DNA of 64,000 nucleotides from contig OZ176051.1 of the NCBI GenBank assembly GCA_964247055.1, forward strand, positions 1,674,001-1,738,000, read 5' to 3'. A program made the translations under genes and the position numbers. Under the pieces are notes generated by a model. That model saw only the letters and a list, made by a program, of their open reading frames with translations. It did no database searches and was not told where the DNA came from. Each line of letters starts with the position of its first letter. The first letter of the stretch is position 1. This document shows, one piece after another, positions 1 through 13,740 of the stretch. This stretch comes from Paragordius varius (lineage: Eukaryota > Animalia > Nematomorpha).

Positions 1-430
1 GAATTTTTATATATGCGAAATTGTAAGAAATTTTTTTTTATAAAAATGGGATAAAAATTTATTTTCTAGAAAAATTTTGTTGAACCTAATTATGGTAGTT
101 AGGAGCATGGGATATAAAATTTTAAAGTATTACACAGTCCTTACTATATATTCTGATTGATAAATGCATCAGGATGCTGATGGTGATTTTGGTTTTAGGT
201 CTTATTATTTATGAAATTTTTGGCCTTAATTAGAAAATAAAAAATTTTGCACTTTTGCTAAATAATTTTTTTTCGTAAAAGCTAAACATTTTATTCCATA
301 AAATAACACAAAATATCATGTTTTATATTTAAAACGAAATGCAATATTTTTATAATTTTTTGACCTTTTCATGGGCTACTTTTCATACAGCTAACACAAA
401 AAGGTGACTTTGTGTCATAAAATTTCTAAT
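1..430. repeat. Unclassified AT-rich dispersed repeat ('family X'), partial copy
   Basis: Motifs such as CATCAGGAT...TTTTGGTTTTAGGTCTT and ATGGGCTACTTTT recur at ~10.9-11.1, 24.1-25.0 and 40.7-40.9 kb. No termini identified. Confidence 0.5.
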
Positions 431-655
431 TTGTTTTAACACTTCGACTCGAATTGGGGTATTTAAAGACCTCAAACTATATTTAAGGTTATATTTCGCA
501 AAACCTAATGAAAGAAATGGTCATAACTGAAATTAATGCTTCTGTCCTAATAAAAATTATATAAATAAGTTGAAATAACTAAATAAAATATAGTTTGCAA
601 AAAAATTTCCATATCAAATTTTACATCATTTTCTCAAAATATCGTGGTTATTTAA

Positions 656-1192
656 CATTTGGATACAACACATTCCTTTTAGTCCTTCGATTCAAATTGG
701 GTTAGTTAGATACCCCAGGTACTTCAAAAAATATGAAATGAATTGAAACCATGGCAAAATGCACTTAAATAACATTAATGAACCAAAATTGAAACGAAAA
801 TTTATTCAAAAATACTTGAACTTATTTTAAAGTACCCAAACTAAAAATTTAGTCAACATGACATGTGTGCATTAAAAAATTTAAAAATAATACAAAATAT
901 ACTACTTTTTCTATTTGTATCGATGGATGTGATTTAAATAAAAAATTAGCTTGAATTTTAGCTTTAATAGATCGACATTTTACAAAAAGTTTGTGAAAAA
1001 AATGGCGTCAAAGTAGTTTGATATGGAACTTTTTTTCTAAACCATATTTTATTGAGATATTTCGGCTTGCTTATAAAATTTTCATTAAAATAGAAGCATA
1101 AATTAATGGAGCCGTTTCTTTCATTAGTTTTTTATAAATATCAATTTAAATATAGTCTGGGGTATTTGGAGACCCCAATTTGAATCGAAGTA
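656..1192 (+). mobile_element. piggyBac-like MITE, nested insertion
   Basis: TTAA at 652-655 and 1193-1196. Ends are CATTTGGATACAAC... and ...TTGAATCGAAGTA, slightly decayed versions of CACTT...AAGTG. Confidence 0.75.
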
Positions 1193-1380
1193 TTAATATA
1201 CCAAAAATTGAAGCTATAATTACATTTAATAATAGAAATAGAAAAAGTGGTTAATTTTATATTATGTTTAACTTTAGCTAGTTCACACATGTCATTTGAC
1301 TAACTTCTAGCCTATGGGTTTTACCCCAAAAAACTAAAATCAAATATTTTGAATGATTTTTTTATATTTCGGTTCATTAA

Positions 1381-1945
1381 CACTTGGATACAACACATTT
1401 ATTTTAGTCCTTCGATTCAAATTGGGGTAGTTAAATACCCCAAGCCTGTTTAAAATTAAGTTCTTTAAAAAATATGGAAGGAATCAAAACCATGGCAAAA
1501 TTTGGCACTTATATAACATTAATAAACCGAAATATATAAAAAAATTTTACTCAACTTAATATTACTTATTTTAAGCTAAAACCGAATGGTGAAATTTAGT
1601 CAACGTAACATGTGTGAAATGGTAAAATTATAAAATAATACAAAATAACCCACTTTTTCTATTTCTATCAATGTTAGATGTAATTTAAATAAAAAATTAG
1701 CTTTAATCCTTAAAATTAAATAAAGACGATATTTTGCAAAAATTTTGTAAAATAAAAATGGCGTCGAAGTAGTTTGACATGGAATTTTTTTCAAAACATT
1801 ATTTAGATATTTTGGCATATTTATATAATTTTTATTAGGATGGATGCATAAATTTAAATTGGGACCGTTTCCTTCAGTAGTTTTTAAAAAATCCTAACTC
1901 AAATTTTGCCTGGGGTATTTTGATACCCCAAATTGAATCGAAGTG
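1381..1945 (+). mobile_element. piggyBac-like MITE, nested insertion
   Basis: TTAA|CACTTGGATAC...AATTGAATCGAAGTG|TTAA with exact TTAA on both sides. Asymmetric subterminal repeat CTTCGATTCAAATTGGGGTA. Confidence 0.85.
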
Positions 1946-2662
1946 TTAATGTTACATAAGCATACTTTTACCATGGTTTCGATTCCTTTCATATTTTTTG
2001 ATATTTAATTTTAAACAGGCCCAGGCTGGGGTATGTGTGAATTAAAAAAATGATTTTTTTAAAAATATATATTTGATTGAAAAATTTAATTGTCTAAGGT
2101 TCGGCGAAGCGTATTTCGCACTATGTTGAAGCATGGTGAAAACGGTAGAAAAAGATAATTTATGTTAAAATTATTATTTTAACATATTTATATGAATTCA
2201 TGATGAGGAATATATCACCACATTTCAAGAAGAAAAATTAAGTGTGTTTCACGATTCAATTTAAGACGAATAAATATTTTAATCAGAGTGAGGTGATAGA
2301 TTTTCAACGCAATATCTTAGGGTTTATATATTGTTTCCACTATCCTTCAAAATACCACAAAGTCGTCCTAAAAAAATTTTGCTATAAATTTATTTGTAAA
2401 AATTTTTTGTCATAATTTAGCATATATTAAAAATTTCTATCCCTCGGTATATTTGCGTTTATTTTAAAAAATTATGGGTTATTAAGAGGGGTCCAAAAAT
2501 TTGAGGTTTTCGGTGCCCACATCTAAAAATTAAAATTTAATATTGTTATGTTTTTTACATACCTATTTTATATATAGATGATATTTTTTTATAATTAATC
2601 ATTTATTTATAACCATAAAATTATTTTTAAAATATGGGTAAATTGTGCAATTTTTTTATTAA

Positions 2663-3201
2663 CACTTGGATGCAACACAGACATTTCAGCCCTCGATTCA
2701 AATTGGGGTAGTTAGACACCCCAGGCTTTAAAATAAATATTTAAAAAAATATGGAATATATAAAACCATGCAAAGGTTTCCACCAATATAACATTAATGA
2801 ACCGATATGATAAAAAAATAATTCAAAAATAATTGATATTACTTAAGAGATGAAACCCAAAGGTAATTTAGCCAACATCATATGTGTGAGCTAAATCTAA
2901 AGTAAAGCAAAATATACCACTATTTCTTTTTTATAAATGTTATATGTGTTTTTAAATAAAAAATAAACCAAATTTTAGGCTTAAAATCAAGTCACGATGA
3001 TTTGCAAAAATTTTGTAAATTAAAAATGGCGCTTAAGTAGTTTGATACGAAACTTTTTTCCATCACTAAATTTTTTATTTTGGCTTTTTTATATAATTTT
3101 TATTAGGATAGCATAAAAAATTAAAACTGTTTCTTACAGTAGTTTGTTAAAAATATCAACCTAAATTAGAGTATTGAGATACCCCAATTTATATCAAAGT
3201 G
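2663..3201 (+). mobile_element. piggyBac-like MITE
   Basis: TTAA(2659-2662)|CACTTGGATGC...ATCAAAGTG|TTAA(3202-3205). Internal sequence is collinear with the copy at 1381-1945. Confidence 0.8.
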
Positions 3202-3396
3202 TTAAAGTTACCACAAGAGTAGTAAAATCTTTCTTAAATCACTTATATGGCTCAAAACATATTTTAAATTGCAATATAAAAAAAATTAACCAATTATTAT
3301 TAGGCTATTAATTCATATAATTTCACAACAGACTTTTTCTCAAAATATTAACGTTTATATGTTAGACTAAATGTGTTCAAAAACTACTTAAGCCAT

Positions 3397-6300
3397 ATGA
3401 AAATTATAATCGCTCACCCCGATCTTGGCATTGGTGGGGCCGAAAGGCTTATAATTGATATCGCCCAAGCTCTACGGAAAAATGGACATGACATGGAATT
3501 GTTAACAAATTTTTACGACAGCCAAAGATGCTTTACCGATACAAAAACTTTTAAAATTGAAGTCGTTGGTTCCAAAATTCCCCGAAATCTTTTTGGATAT
3601 TTTAATGCATTGTTTGCCTACATTAGATTTTTATATTTATTCTTTTACATATTAATTTTTAAACATGAATGCGACCTTTTAATATGTGATCAAATACCTA
3701 TTGGGATCCCTCTGTTAAAATGTTTTAATTACAAAATACTTTTTTATTGTCATTTTCCAGATCAACTTCTGACAGAAAGAAAGTCATTTCTTAAAAAAAT
3801 ATATCGATGTGTAATTGATTTTCTTGAAGAAATAACTATGGCATGCGCTGATAAAATTATTGTCAACAGTAATTATACAGGTATATTTTTTAACAATCCT
3901 AGCTTTAATGGTTCGAAAAACGTTTAATCATTGCGCTTGTTTTAAGAATAAATTGGATGTTCTTTATCCCTGCTTACCTCCAAGTGTTACCACTCAAAAA
4001 ATGGAAACAGATCACTCTTTTTTTGAACCCTTGAAAGATTTTATGTTCTTGTCAATAAATCGTTATGAACGCAAGAAAAATATCCAGCTAGTGATACAAG
4101 CTTTTTGTAAATTTTACTAATAATGTTTTTTATAATAATATTACATTTTAATTCATGATTAAATATTTATACCGTGGGTGTCCAACATAGATATCTTCGC
4201 GGGTTGCTTTGATAATTTTTTCTTCGTAATTTTGGGTGATAATATCTGTAAATAATCGTAAATTTTGATTCGTTTTTTTAAACGTTTAAGCCTTTTTTGC
4301 GTACCGAACAAAGCGTGTTAGACACCCCTGATTTGCATCATAGTATTTAAACTCCAGTTTTAAGTTTTTAGATTTATCTTTTTTACCATTTTGTTGTTGT
4401 CCAATTTGTGTATACTAAAAAAGAAACTGTAATTATTATCTAAATATTTTACCAAATCATTTGAAAAACGGCTAACGAAATATAAATTGTTGGCACATTT
4501 TCTATATATATATCTTTTAGAAGTTTATACATTTTACATTGATTTCCAAAAAAGATTGTATTTGATTTTTTTGAGATTTGAATATAATAGTGTCAAAAAT
4601 TTAAATCAATTCATTTTTGTCAAAAGCAAACGACGTGCTTCCAGTATTTAATTGATATATAATTTTATTCCCCATTTTTTGTATGGGGGCTACTCAGATG
4701 AATTAAAAAAGTTTTTGGAAGAGGCCTGTGCAGAATCATCGCAAAACCGCGCATGCGAAAGCTTTAAACGCAAATTCGCTCCACATAAATTGGGACTTGT
4801 CATAGCTGGAGGCTACGATGAACGGCTAAGCGAAAACAAACAAGTGTTCCATCAACTCAATCGGATGGCCTCTCAACTAGGTCTCATCAATGGACAAGAT
4901 ATTATTTTCCTCAAATCTGTTTCGAATGAGGACAAAAATCAACTTTTGTCACAATGTTGTGCTCTTTGTTACACACCGAGTGGTGAACACTTTGGTAATT
5001 ATTCGCTTTAATCACTAATGGTTTTTTTATAATTTGGAGAAATCAATAACTGTGTGTGTGCTGATATGGTTGGTTTTACGGTCCCCGTTTTGTAAGGATT
5101 AAAATTGAGCCCAGGGATTTATAACATTCGTAGTATTGGATACATGATAATGTAAGATTAATTTTAAAACTAATATAAATTGTCTCTAATTTCACTGTTC
5201 GGCAAAAAGAGTTATTAATTTTATGCTGCCGTATACCGTTCGATGTCTAAATTATGAAGTGAAAATATTTTTGTGGGAAAATAAATTAAAATTTTTTTGG
5301 GGGGATATAACTCGCAGGCTACTTACCTTCTTTTTAAGAAAAAAAAGCATATAAAGGTATAAATAAAATCGATATTATAAAAGCTTATTTTGAAGCTCTA
5401 AGACTCTTATCTTTTTAATTCACCTAAATATGTAAAGTCATATATATGCCATTAATTTTTTATAAAATGTATATTGAATTTTTAAAAAATAAATCTATAA
5501 TTTAAGCGTATTTAATTCTATAAATTCAAATACCTTTTTTAAAATTGTTTGAATGATTGGTGTACCTATTTAAATAAGTTAATTATAAATTTACATGCTT
5601 AAATTAACTTTATGATAAGGTTACTTATTGCATTATTAAATTTAAATTAAGATGAGTTTTTTTGTAATGGCGTTAATATTTGGCCTGCAGTCTATTTCAA
5701 TAAAATAAAAGTTTTTGCAGCATTTGAAATAAAATGAATCCATCTTACTAAGGATAATAAACTTTTGGGTGATTACAAAAGAAAAATATTAAAAATTTAT
5801 TTAAATTTTAAATATTTATAAAGAGTTTATTTTATATTATAGATATTGAATAAATTTGAATTAGTTAAGAATCGGTTTTTTAATCAGTATTCTTTTAAAA
5901 TTATTTAAATCATATGACTAATTTGACTTTCAACTTTTCAATACAAATATAATAGGAAATTAGATTATATAAAAAATTATTTTATTTGTATGTGGTGAAA
6001 TATAATTTATATCGGACATATATTTAGTTTCTTGCCGAATAGAGATCCCCGAATATTAAAAAATTTAAATAACTTCTTTTTAAGTATTTCTCCCACAAAA
6101 ATATTTTTATATACATAATCTAGTTGTTTTGTTATCAAATGGTATGCAACACTATAACTATTTTTAGTTGTGTATTGTACATAACATTCTAACATCCTTA
6201 GACATTGTTTGTCATTTTTCATGTTATAACACTTTAACTCACCAGTTTTTCTGTATAGCATGGTTAATTGGTAAATTATTTATTTTCACATAGCATGGTT

Positions 6301-8767
6301 AATTAATCAATCAATCAAGCTACAGACTCATTATAAAAATAAATGTTTAGGTATTGTCCCTTTGGAAGCATCTGCACATGGAAAGCCTGTCGTAGCTTTG
6401 GATGATGGAGGTCCTCGCGAAACCATCGTGAATGGCCAAACGGGATATCTTACCACCACTCCACAAGGTTTTATGCAGGCCATGGCTCGTTGTATTGGAC
6501 TTAATCTTGCAAATGTTTGCACCACGCAAGCTCACATGTCTCTACACGCGGAAGCTGAAAACGGTTTAAAAATAAATTAATTAATTAACCGGAATTGGAA
6601 TTGGGTAAATTCACTAGTAATTGAATTTTTTTTGAATGAATAAAAACCAAAATTTCTTATTTTACTTGCTAAGAAATGAAGTATATAAAGGTTGGTTGAA
6701 TGAACACACGCTAATTTTTTGTTACTGCATTCAAAAAGTGTGATTTTCAAATTATTAGCTGGAAGATTAAATACTTTTATGTTATGAAAGTGTATTCATA
6801 TCACTAGACAACAAATTTTTCTGCCACTCGAGTTTTTTGCATTTTTTGATATTTAATATCATTTTAATAGTAAATCTGAAATAAAAATTATAACTCGTTG
6901 GAAGAATTTTGTATAATTTGATTTTTTAGATTATGCGCCCTCTTTATCAAAATTTTACTAAAAAATGTTTTTCTTTAAAAACATACAAGTAATGCCCATT
7001 TATAATATATCATTCGAAAGAGTATTAAAAACTCTATAAAATGTATACTAATATGTATTACATCGACAGTTAATATAGGACACAAAGAGCGACAAACGCG
7101 CGAAACGAGAGCATTTTTTTTAATTATTATATTTTTAAAACTAATGGATAAAAATAGCTCAAACTTTGTTTAGATGGAGATGAATGTCCAAAAAAGATAA
7201 CACAAAAAAGTTTTTTTGATTAAAACATTTTTTATTGCTTTTATGTCACTCAAAACAGCCATTTTTAAGTTTTTTGTTTTTTAAAAATTACCATCTCATC
7301 AATATTAATTTATTTTCTTTACAAGGCTGATAATTTCGAAAATTTAAAGATAAAAACAAAGTTTAAGGTATTTTTGATCTTTTATAGCCATTATGTAATA
7401 AATTTACAGTTATAACTATGCATTTTAGTATCCACTAGGTAAAATATTTATGATAATAATAATTTTTATTAAAAAAGCAAACCAAAAGCTTTTCAAAACA
7501 TTTTTTTTAAATTAAATACTAATATAACCCTAATAATTATATTAAAATAATTTATATGATTTTCAAATTAGTTTGTCTGTGAAAATTCTTGACTTATTTA
7601 AGGATTGAAAATTTTGACCATTTAAATCCAAATAACTTTTACATCCGATGGATTTTAATGACTTACTACCATTTAAAAGATGCAGTTTTTTGCGCTCTTT
7701 CGAATGATATAAAATACATGGCTTCATATCTAAAACTTTAAATTTTTGAAATTTCGAGTTTAATGTTAAATCGGGGCCAAAAATTATCGATAAATTCTAA
7801 TATAAAAAATTCTTCCATGTAAGACCAATTTTCTTTTCATATATACTAATTATGTACTTTGATGAAATAAATTTTAAATTTACAAGAATGGCAGTTAAAA
7901 AAAGTTAAAATTTGTTGTCTAGTGTATTTGACCATTTACTTTTTAATCCCGGGATTAGTTCCAATTTATATACGATGTCCTCGGAAATTGTAATTTAAAA
8001 CATTTTTCTATATTTTTATATATTATTTGAGATTATTACGGTCCAGTTATTTCATTATGTCAGTTTTAACGAGGCGATTTAATGTAATAATAATATTATT
8101 TGCACCCCGTGGCATAGTAATTGCATAAAAAATATAACTAACAGATTTCCACACAATTTCCATATTACTTTTTCATGGTTCCATCATGATATAATATATA
8201 AACACATTATGTGTTTATTTGTTTCAAAAATATAGATTTTGATAATAATATATTTTAAAATTCATAAATTACACATATTGGTTGACATTTTTTAGCTTAA
8301 ATGAGATAAATTTATTTAAATATTTAAAACCGAAATTATAGAGAGTCCTTTAAAACTAGCTAGCTATAATACAAAGCAACGGGTTTTATCGCTTCGACTA
8401 GAACAAACTCATTTTCCATTAAATCCCTACTTCAATAACAAAGAATTTTAGTTAATATCACTTTTATATAACCAAAACAAGAAAATTATTAAAAAGCACA
8501 TGTCCTTCAAATTCTAATATCGTTAATTTTTGAATATGCATTTATCTTCAACTATTTTTCCGATATGATTTTATAATTTATTTTATAGATGATTGGACCA
8601 ACTTAAATTTTGAAGACACTGTGCAATTAGATTATGAAAATTTGTGTTGTCCCATTGAAATCCAACCAGATATTTGCATTGAACACGTGCGCAAGACTTT
8701 TGGTTTCGACAAATTGTGCGATCATTTGAAAGTTATAGTTGAAGAAATAACAGCTCTAAAAAGCTGA
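3397..8767 (+). CDS. ALG2: Alpha-1,3/1,6-mannosyltransferase ALG2 (GT4). Five exons: 3397-3880, 3903-4106, 4698-4994, 6351-6563, 8589-8767
   Basis: Hallmark motifs HPDLGIGGAERL, FYCHFPDQLL, INRYERKKN, AGGYD and EHFG-IVPLEA. All four introns are GT-AG and phase compatible (first is 22 nt). Ends at TGA 8765-8767. Confidence 0.95.
4173..4330. mobile_element. Short hAT-like MITE in ALG2 intron 2
   Basis: Terminal inverted repeats CGTGGGTGTCCAAC / GTTAGACACCCCTG. A related end, CAGGGGTGTCCAAC, occurs at 20677 and ~28820. The 8-bp TSD is only partly matched. Confidence 0.5.
6750..7960. repeat. Diverged foldback element in ALG2 intron 4
   Basis: CACTAGACAACAAATTTT (~6800) is inverted at ~7905-7925. 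ATATCATTCGAAAGAG (~7005) is inverted at ~7695-7710. Confidence 0.45.
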
Positions 8768-9149
8768 CAAAATTATTGTAAATTTTAATTGCTGCTGTGT
8801 TAACTTGTATTCCAATAAATTTATAGAGCTACCCTCTTTTAGAATCGTTTCATAAGGATAGTTTGGTTTTTTTTATTTAAAATTGTGTTTATCATATTTT
8901 GTACGCCTTGTTGTTTTTAAACGTTACCACCTATATTTTTTTATTTTTTAGATATGAGTTGAGGAATTATATGTATATTTTGTGAAACTAGAGTATACTA
9001 CCTAGCTTTAAATATAATTTATGGTATATTATAACAAAATAAAAGAAAATTTATTTAGCCATAATGTGCACTAATTTTGCCTTTATTTTAGAAAAGTTGA
9101 TATACATTTCATAAATGACGCAGGAACCCACTCAGAAACAATGTTATAA

Positions 9150-9720
9150 AATAATAACGGTATCTAATAACAAAGGCATACTTGCGCCTTTGTAAATAGA
9201 AGTTAGGCATATAAAATATGCACACCCAAACATCCAAATAAAAAAGGGAAGGATTTTTACTGACAGGAAATTAGATCAAAGAGAGACAAACATATTTATA
9301 AAACAACTGTATAGTGCGCACCCAAACAACAAATTAAGGGGATAAAAAGATGAGTTAAATACAAACCTAGGACGGGCTATTAAATCAATTTGTCAAAAAA
9401 ACTCTAGGAATCGATAATATACCCAATGAAGGAAAAGGTTCATCCACAAATTGTGTCAAAAAATCTGAAATGTGGTATATGGCCATTAAACTTCTCAAAA
9501 TCATACTGTTTATACCAGTTCAGTAGGTGAAACTATGGAAATATATCTCTCTCTAGTCATGCGAGGAAAGAGATTATATTAAAAACATTTAAACCAGGTT
9601 ACTTGAAATGATAACTTGAGAGATTCCTAATTAAAAGCGGGGTGCATGAAAGGTCGAAGCACAAGAGGTCCCATATTTAATGTGCGTAATTTAAACAAAT
9701 CGCTAAACAGGCAAATAAAT
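9150..9720 (+). pseudogene. Decayed non-LTR retrotransposon reverse transcriptase fragment (RTE-like)
   Basis: Frameshifted remnants KTLGIDNIPNE, LSSHARK and MKGRSTRGPIFNVRNL match the RT-domain motifs GKAPGxDxIPxE, SLxSHAxK and GFRKGRGTRDQIFNLR. Confidence 0.6.
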
Positions 9721-11615
9721 GTATATTATGGTTAGAATATGAAATATTTCAGGCTGCATTTTACCAGCAAAAATCTATTTATTGATCTTTATCAGCAATT
9801 CATTTCAACCGTGTTTTGGAGATGTCCCAATTTTAGTGTAGAAATATTATTATTATTATAGCAAAGATCGTTGTCGATTTATTGCTTTTTCGAAGGTGTA
9901 TTTTCTCCAGTTTATTCGATTGTAAGCGAGTGACAGCTTTATCTAATACAAGATAACTGATTTAATTTTACTCAAAACAATTCTTAAACAATAGTCTATT
10001 AATTGAGCTTTTGGATATAAAACTACCCCCAAAATGTCATCGCGGACATTATAAACTAAATATAATGAATTTTTAATAATCTAATTTTGAGCAAATTTTG
10101 ATGATCGTATTTCATGGTATTTTGGAGCATGGTGAAACAGTAAAAAAACATTTTAAGATAATATAAATACAATTTTTTCTCTATAATTCGATTATGTTAT
10201 ACATTTATATTACTTCATAATTTTCAAAAGATTTATTATTTTTAACAAATGAAATTAAGATCTGTTTTTCGCATAAAATCTACTACTTATATTTGAATGT
10301 GAACAAATCAAATAAAAATTCTAAAAGAAATATTAAGCATTATAAAATTATACAGACAATGTGTTTTTATCTCTGAAAATGTTTTTATGTTTTTCCTATC
10401 ACCAAATGCGCGCATTTTTTGTTATTATAATCACCTTAAATAGCGGTTGAGATAGTGGTTAAATATAGACATTATTTAAAGATATTTTGCGATTTCAGAT
10501 AAATTGGAATTGATCTCTCCAAATCTTACTAACAATTTCCTTTAATATAATGTTACAGATAGGTTTACGAAAAAAACGGTACTACTGCTTTTTTAAAATT
10601 TTAAATTTTTTTTTAAATATATACCTTTTATTTATGCTGAAAATTTCTCCATTTTAACCCCAATTTGTAAAAAGGTAACTAGTCCATCAAAAGAGGCTTA
10701 ATTTAAAACTAAGACAAAAATTATGAAATTTTGAATCGATCATATTTTGAATTCAGTTTATTAGGTTATGTTAAAGTCTACTTTAATCATAATTATCAAA
10801 ATGATATTTAAAATTATTATTTCAGTAACAAATTTATAAAATTTCATATATAACACTGCGTCCGAATTCGGGATAAAATATATATTCTAAAAGAAAATAT
10901 ATTGGGATTATTTTAGTGCTATTGGGTTTTTGGCCCTTAAGAAGGCTATTTACACCTTATTGTCATGTCAGAAAATTACAAAATTTACACACATTTGGTT
11001 AACTATTTTTTTGAGTAAAAGCCAATTATTTCAAATTATTTATATACTTCAAAAGCTAAACAATATTGATTTTAATTTTTAGATGTAGTCTCTTAAAGTT
11101 CCAGGTTTTTTCGCCCTTCTAAAATGGGCTAGTTTTCTTGAAATAAACGCAAAGATGCCAAGATTACGCGATGAAATTTTAAACACATGCATTTTGACAT
11201 TAAAATGGTTTTTTTCCAGATGGATATTTGCTTAAAAATTAAATTTATAGTAAATTTTTTTGAAGCGTAATTCATACTATGCGGATGATGGTAAACGATA
11301 TAAAGATATAGAAAAAACAGTATTTCTATATAATTCGATAATGCTGAATACTTCTATCACCTCAGAATTATGATTAATGCGTTTGTCTTTTCCGTTTTAA
11401 ATATAAATTGTGTTTTTTTACATAAATCATCAAAATTTGAAAACAAACGAACCTTTTAGCTAAAAATTCTAAATCGATGGAAATGTTCATTTTTAAATAT
11501 AATAAAAGTGATTTAATAATATTTTAGAACGTTTTATAATGTTAGCATGTTTCACGCACGGTAAAACTCATAGACGAAATTTCAATTTTTTATATATTTT
11601 TCGGAAATTTTTTTT

Positions 11616-11659
<44 letters not shown>

Positions 11660-11660
<1 letters not shown>

Positions 11661-12473
11661 TAGCGTAATCGTGCTGCAGCACGAGGAAGTTCTTCGGACT
11701 TCTGGGGGGGGGGGGGGGGGGGGCTATTTGAAATAAGGGACATTAAATGGTCCAACACGTTCTCCAAAAAATTGACTTAACCCATTTTTCACACGGGGTA
11801 GCCCCGAACTGGGGACCTAATTCCAAAAAAGGGCGAAGCTATTGTCGGGACATTTATTTATGATTATATTTTTTCGATATTTGAATTTGATTGCGTTCAC
11901 CGGTTTTCCGGAAACAGATCACAAAGTTACATGAGAAATCAGTTTTTAGCGGGTAGCTCCTTACCCAACAGCTATCATCCAAGAAACGCTTGACTAAATT
12001 TTTTGCCTTTTAACAGGGAATACGTGGAATCCATATTGAATTTTTACGGTCTCATACCTTGGTCGAAAAATAGATTTAAAAAAATATTTTGGTGGACTTT
12101 GTTTTATGAAAAAGGTGGCATTTTACGAAGGGAGCTGGTAAAAAGAGGGCCTAAATAAAAAAAGTTACTCGACTATGTTCGGCGCAATCGAAAATAAGTT
12201 ATCAAAAATCATATTTGAAATAGAATGGATTAACATGTTCTCCAGAAAATTGTCTCAAAGACACGATTTTTGTGGACTTCTGTTTTCTAAAAAAAAACCG
12301 TTTTTCACACGGGGTGGGCCCGAACTGGGGGCCTATTTCAAAAAAAGGGGGAAGCTATTGTCGGGGCATTCTTTAATGATTATATTTTTTTGAAGTTTGG
12401 ATTTGAATGGGGCTACCGGTTTTCCTGTACCAGATCACAAAGCCAGCATTTTCCATTTTTATAAATATATAGA
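11660..12473 (-). mobile_element. Non-autonomous Helitron (814 bp)
   Basis: On the minus strand: A|TCTATATATTTATAAAAATGG ... two GC-rich hairpins ... ACGCTAG|T. Shares both termini with 38970-40173 and 56004-60902. Confidence 0.85.
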
Positions 12474-12699
12474 TTAACTTTGAAAATCCAATCACAATAT
12501 ACCAACAAATTTTTTATAACAATTTTATTATGAGATGTTCGTTCCAATCGTGTTTTGGGGCTATCTGAATATCGGAACGTTAGAGGTCAAAGTAAAAATT
12601 CTAAGTTTTTTTTAGATAATATAAGAGAAGAGGGTTTAATAATTAAATTTTAACCAAAACAACTTTCGAAACAGTAATTATCTTTGCTACTTTAACACT

Positions 12700-13740
12700 A
12701 TACAAATTCATTTCAGTCCTTCGATTCAAATTGGGGTAGTTGAATACCGCAGGCCTTTTTAATATTAAAAACTTCAAAAAATATCATGGCAAAGGTTTGC
12801 ACTTATGCAAAACCGAATTATTAAAAATTATCGAAAATACTTTATTATTATTTTAAGGTAAAATTTCATCAATATGACATGTGTGCATTAGCTAAATTTA
12901 AAAATAAAACAGAACAAACTTTTTGTATTTCTAATCGTTGGAATTAATACTTCGAATCAAATTGGGGTGTCTAAAAACCCCAGACTCAATTTGAATTAGG
13001 ATTTTTTAAAAAATTACTAAAGAAAACGGTCCCAATTTACATTAATGCTTCTATCCTAATAAAAATAATGTAAATATGCCAAAATATCTAAAAATAATTT
13101 TTTTTCAAAAAATTTCCATTCAAATTACTTGGACGCCATTTTTATTTTACAAAATTTTTGCAAATTATCGTCGTTATTTAATTTTAAGGGTAAAATTAAA
13201 GCATATTTTTTATTTAAATTACATCTAACATTGATAGAAATAAAAAAAGCGGTTTATTTTATATTATTTATCAATTTTACCATTGCACACATTTAACGTT
13301 GACTAAATATTTACCTTTCGGTTTTAGCTTAAAATAAGTAAGATCAAGTATTTATGTATAAATTTTTTTATATATTTAGGTTTATTAATGTTATATAAGT
13401 ATTTTGCCATGGTTTCGATTCCTTCTATAATTTTCAAGGAATATTTAATTTTAAACAGGCCTGGTCTATTAAACTCCCCAATTCGAATCGAAGGACTTAA
13501 ACGAATGTATTGTATAAGTGTTAAATAAAAGATATTTTGCAAGAATTTTGTAAAATAAAAATGGCGTCGAAGTAGTATATGAAACTTTTTTTAAACTAAA
13601 TTAATTTTTGACAATTGAGCTTTCATAAAGTTTTAACCATAAATTTAAATCGTAACCGTTTTTTACAGAGTTTTTTGAAAATATTATTTAAATATAGACT
13701 GAGGCATTTAACTCCAATTTAATCGAACTCTTAAACAAAA
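12700..13740. mobile_element. Cluster of piggyBac-like MITE copies and fragments (left arm)
   Basis: Repeated CCTTCGATTCAAATTGGGG, AAAATGGCGTCGAAGTAG and AAGTG|TTAA motifs. Mirrors 35750-37345. Confidence 0.7.

Larger units (their letters stand above)
440..2040 (-). mobile_element. piggyBac-like MITE (host copy) interrupted by two nested copies of the same family
   Basis: Begins TTAA|CACTTCGACTCGAATTGGGG at 436-440. Its internal sequence resumes collinearly after the inserts at TTAA 652-655/1193-1196 and TTAA 1377-1380/1946-1949. The far end is degenerate. Confidence 0.7.

Noticed and set aside
11704-11723. 20-nt poly-G run as a regulatory G-quadruplex
   Set aside because: It lies in a Helitron subterminal region where the sister copy has only ~7 residues. 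Slippage or homopolymer error suffices.
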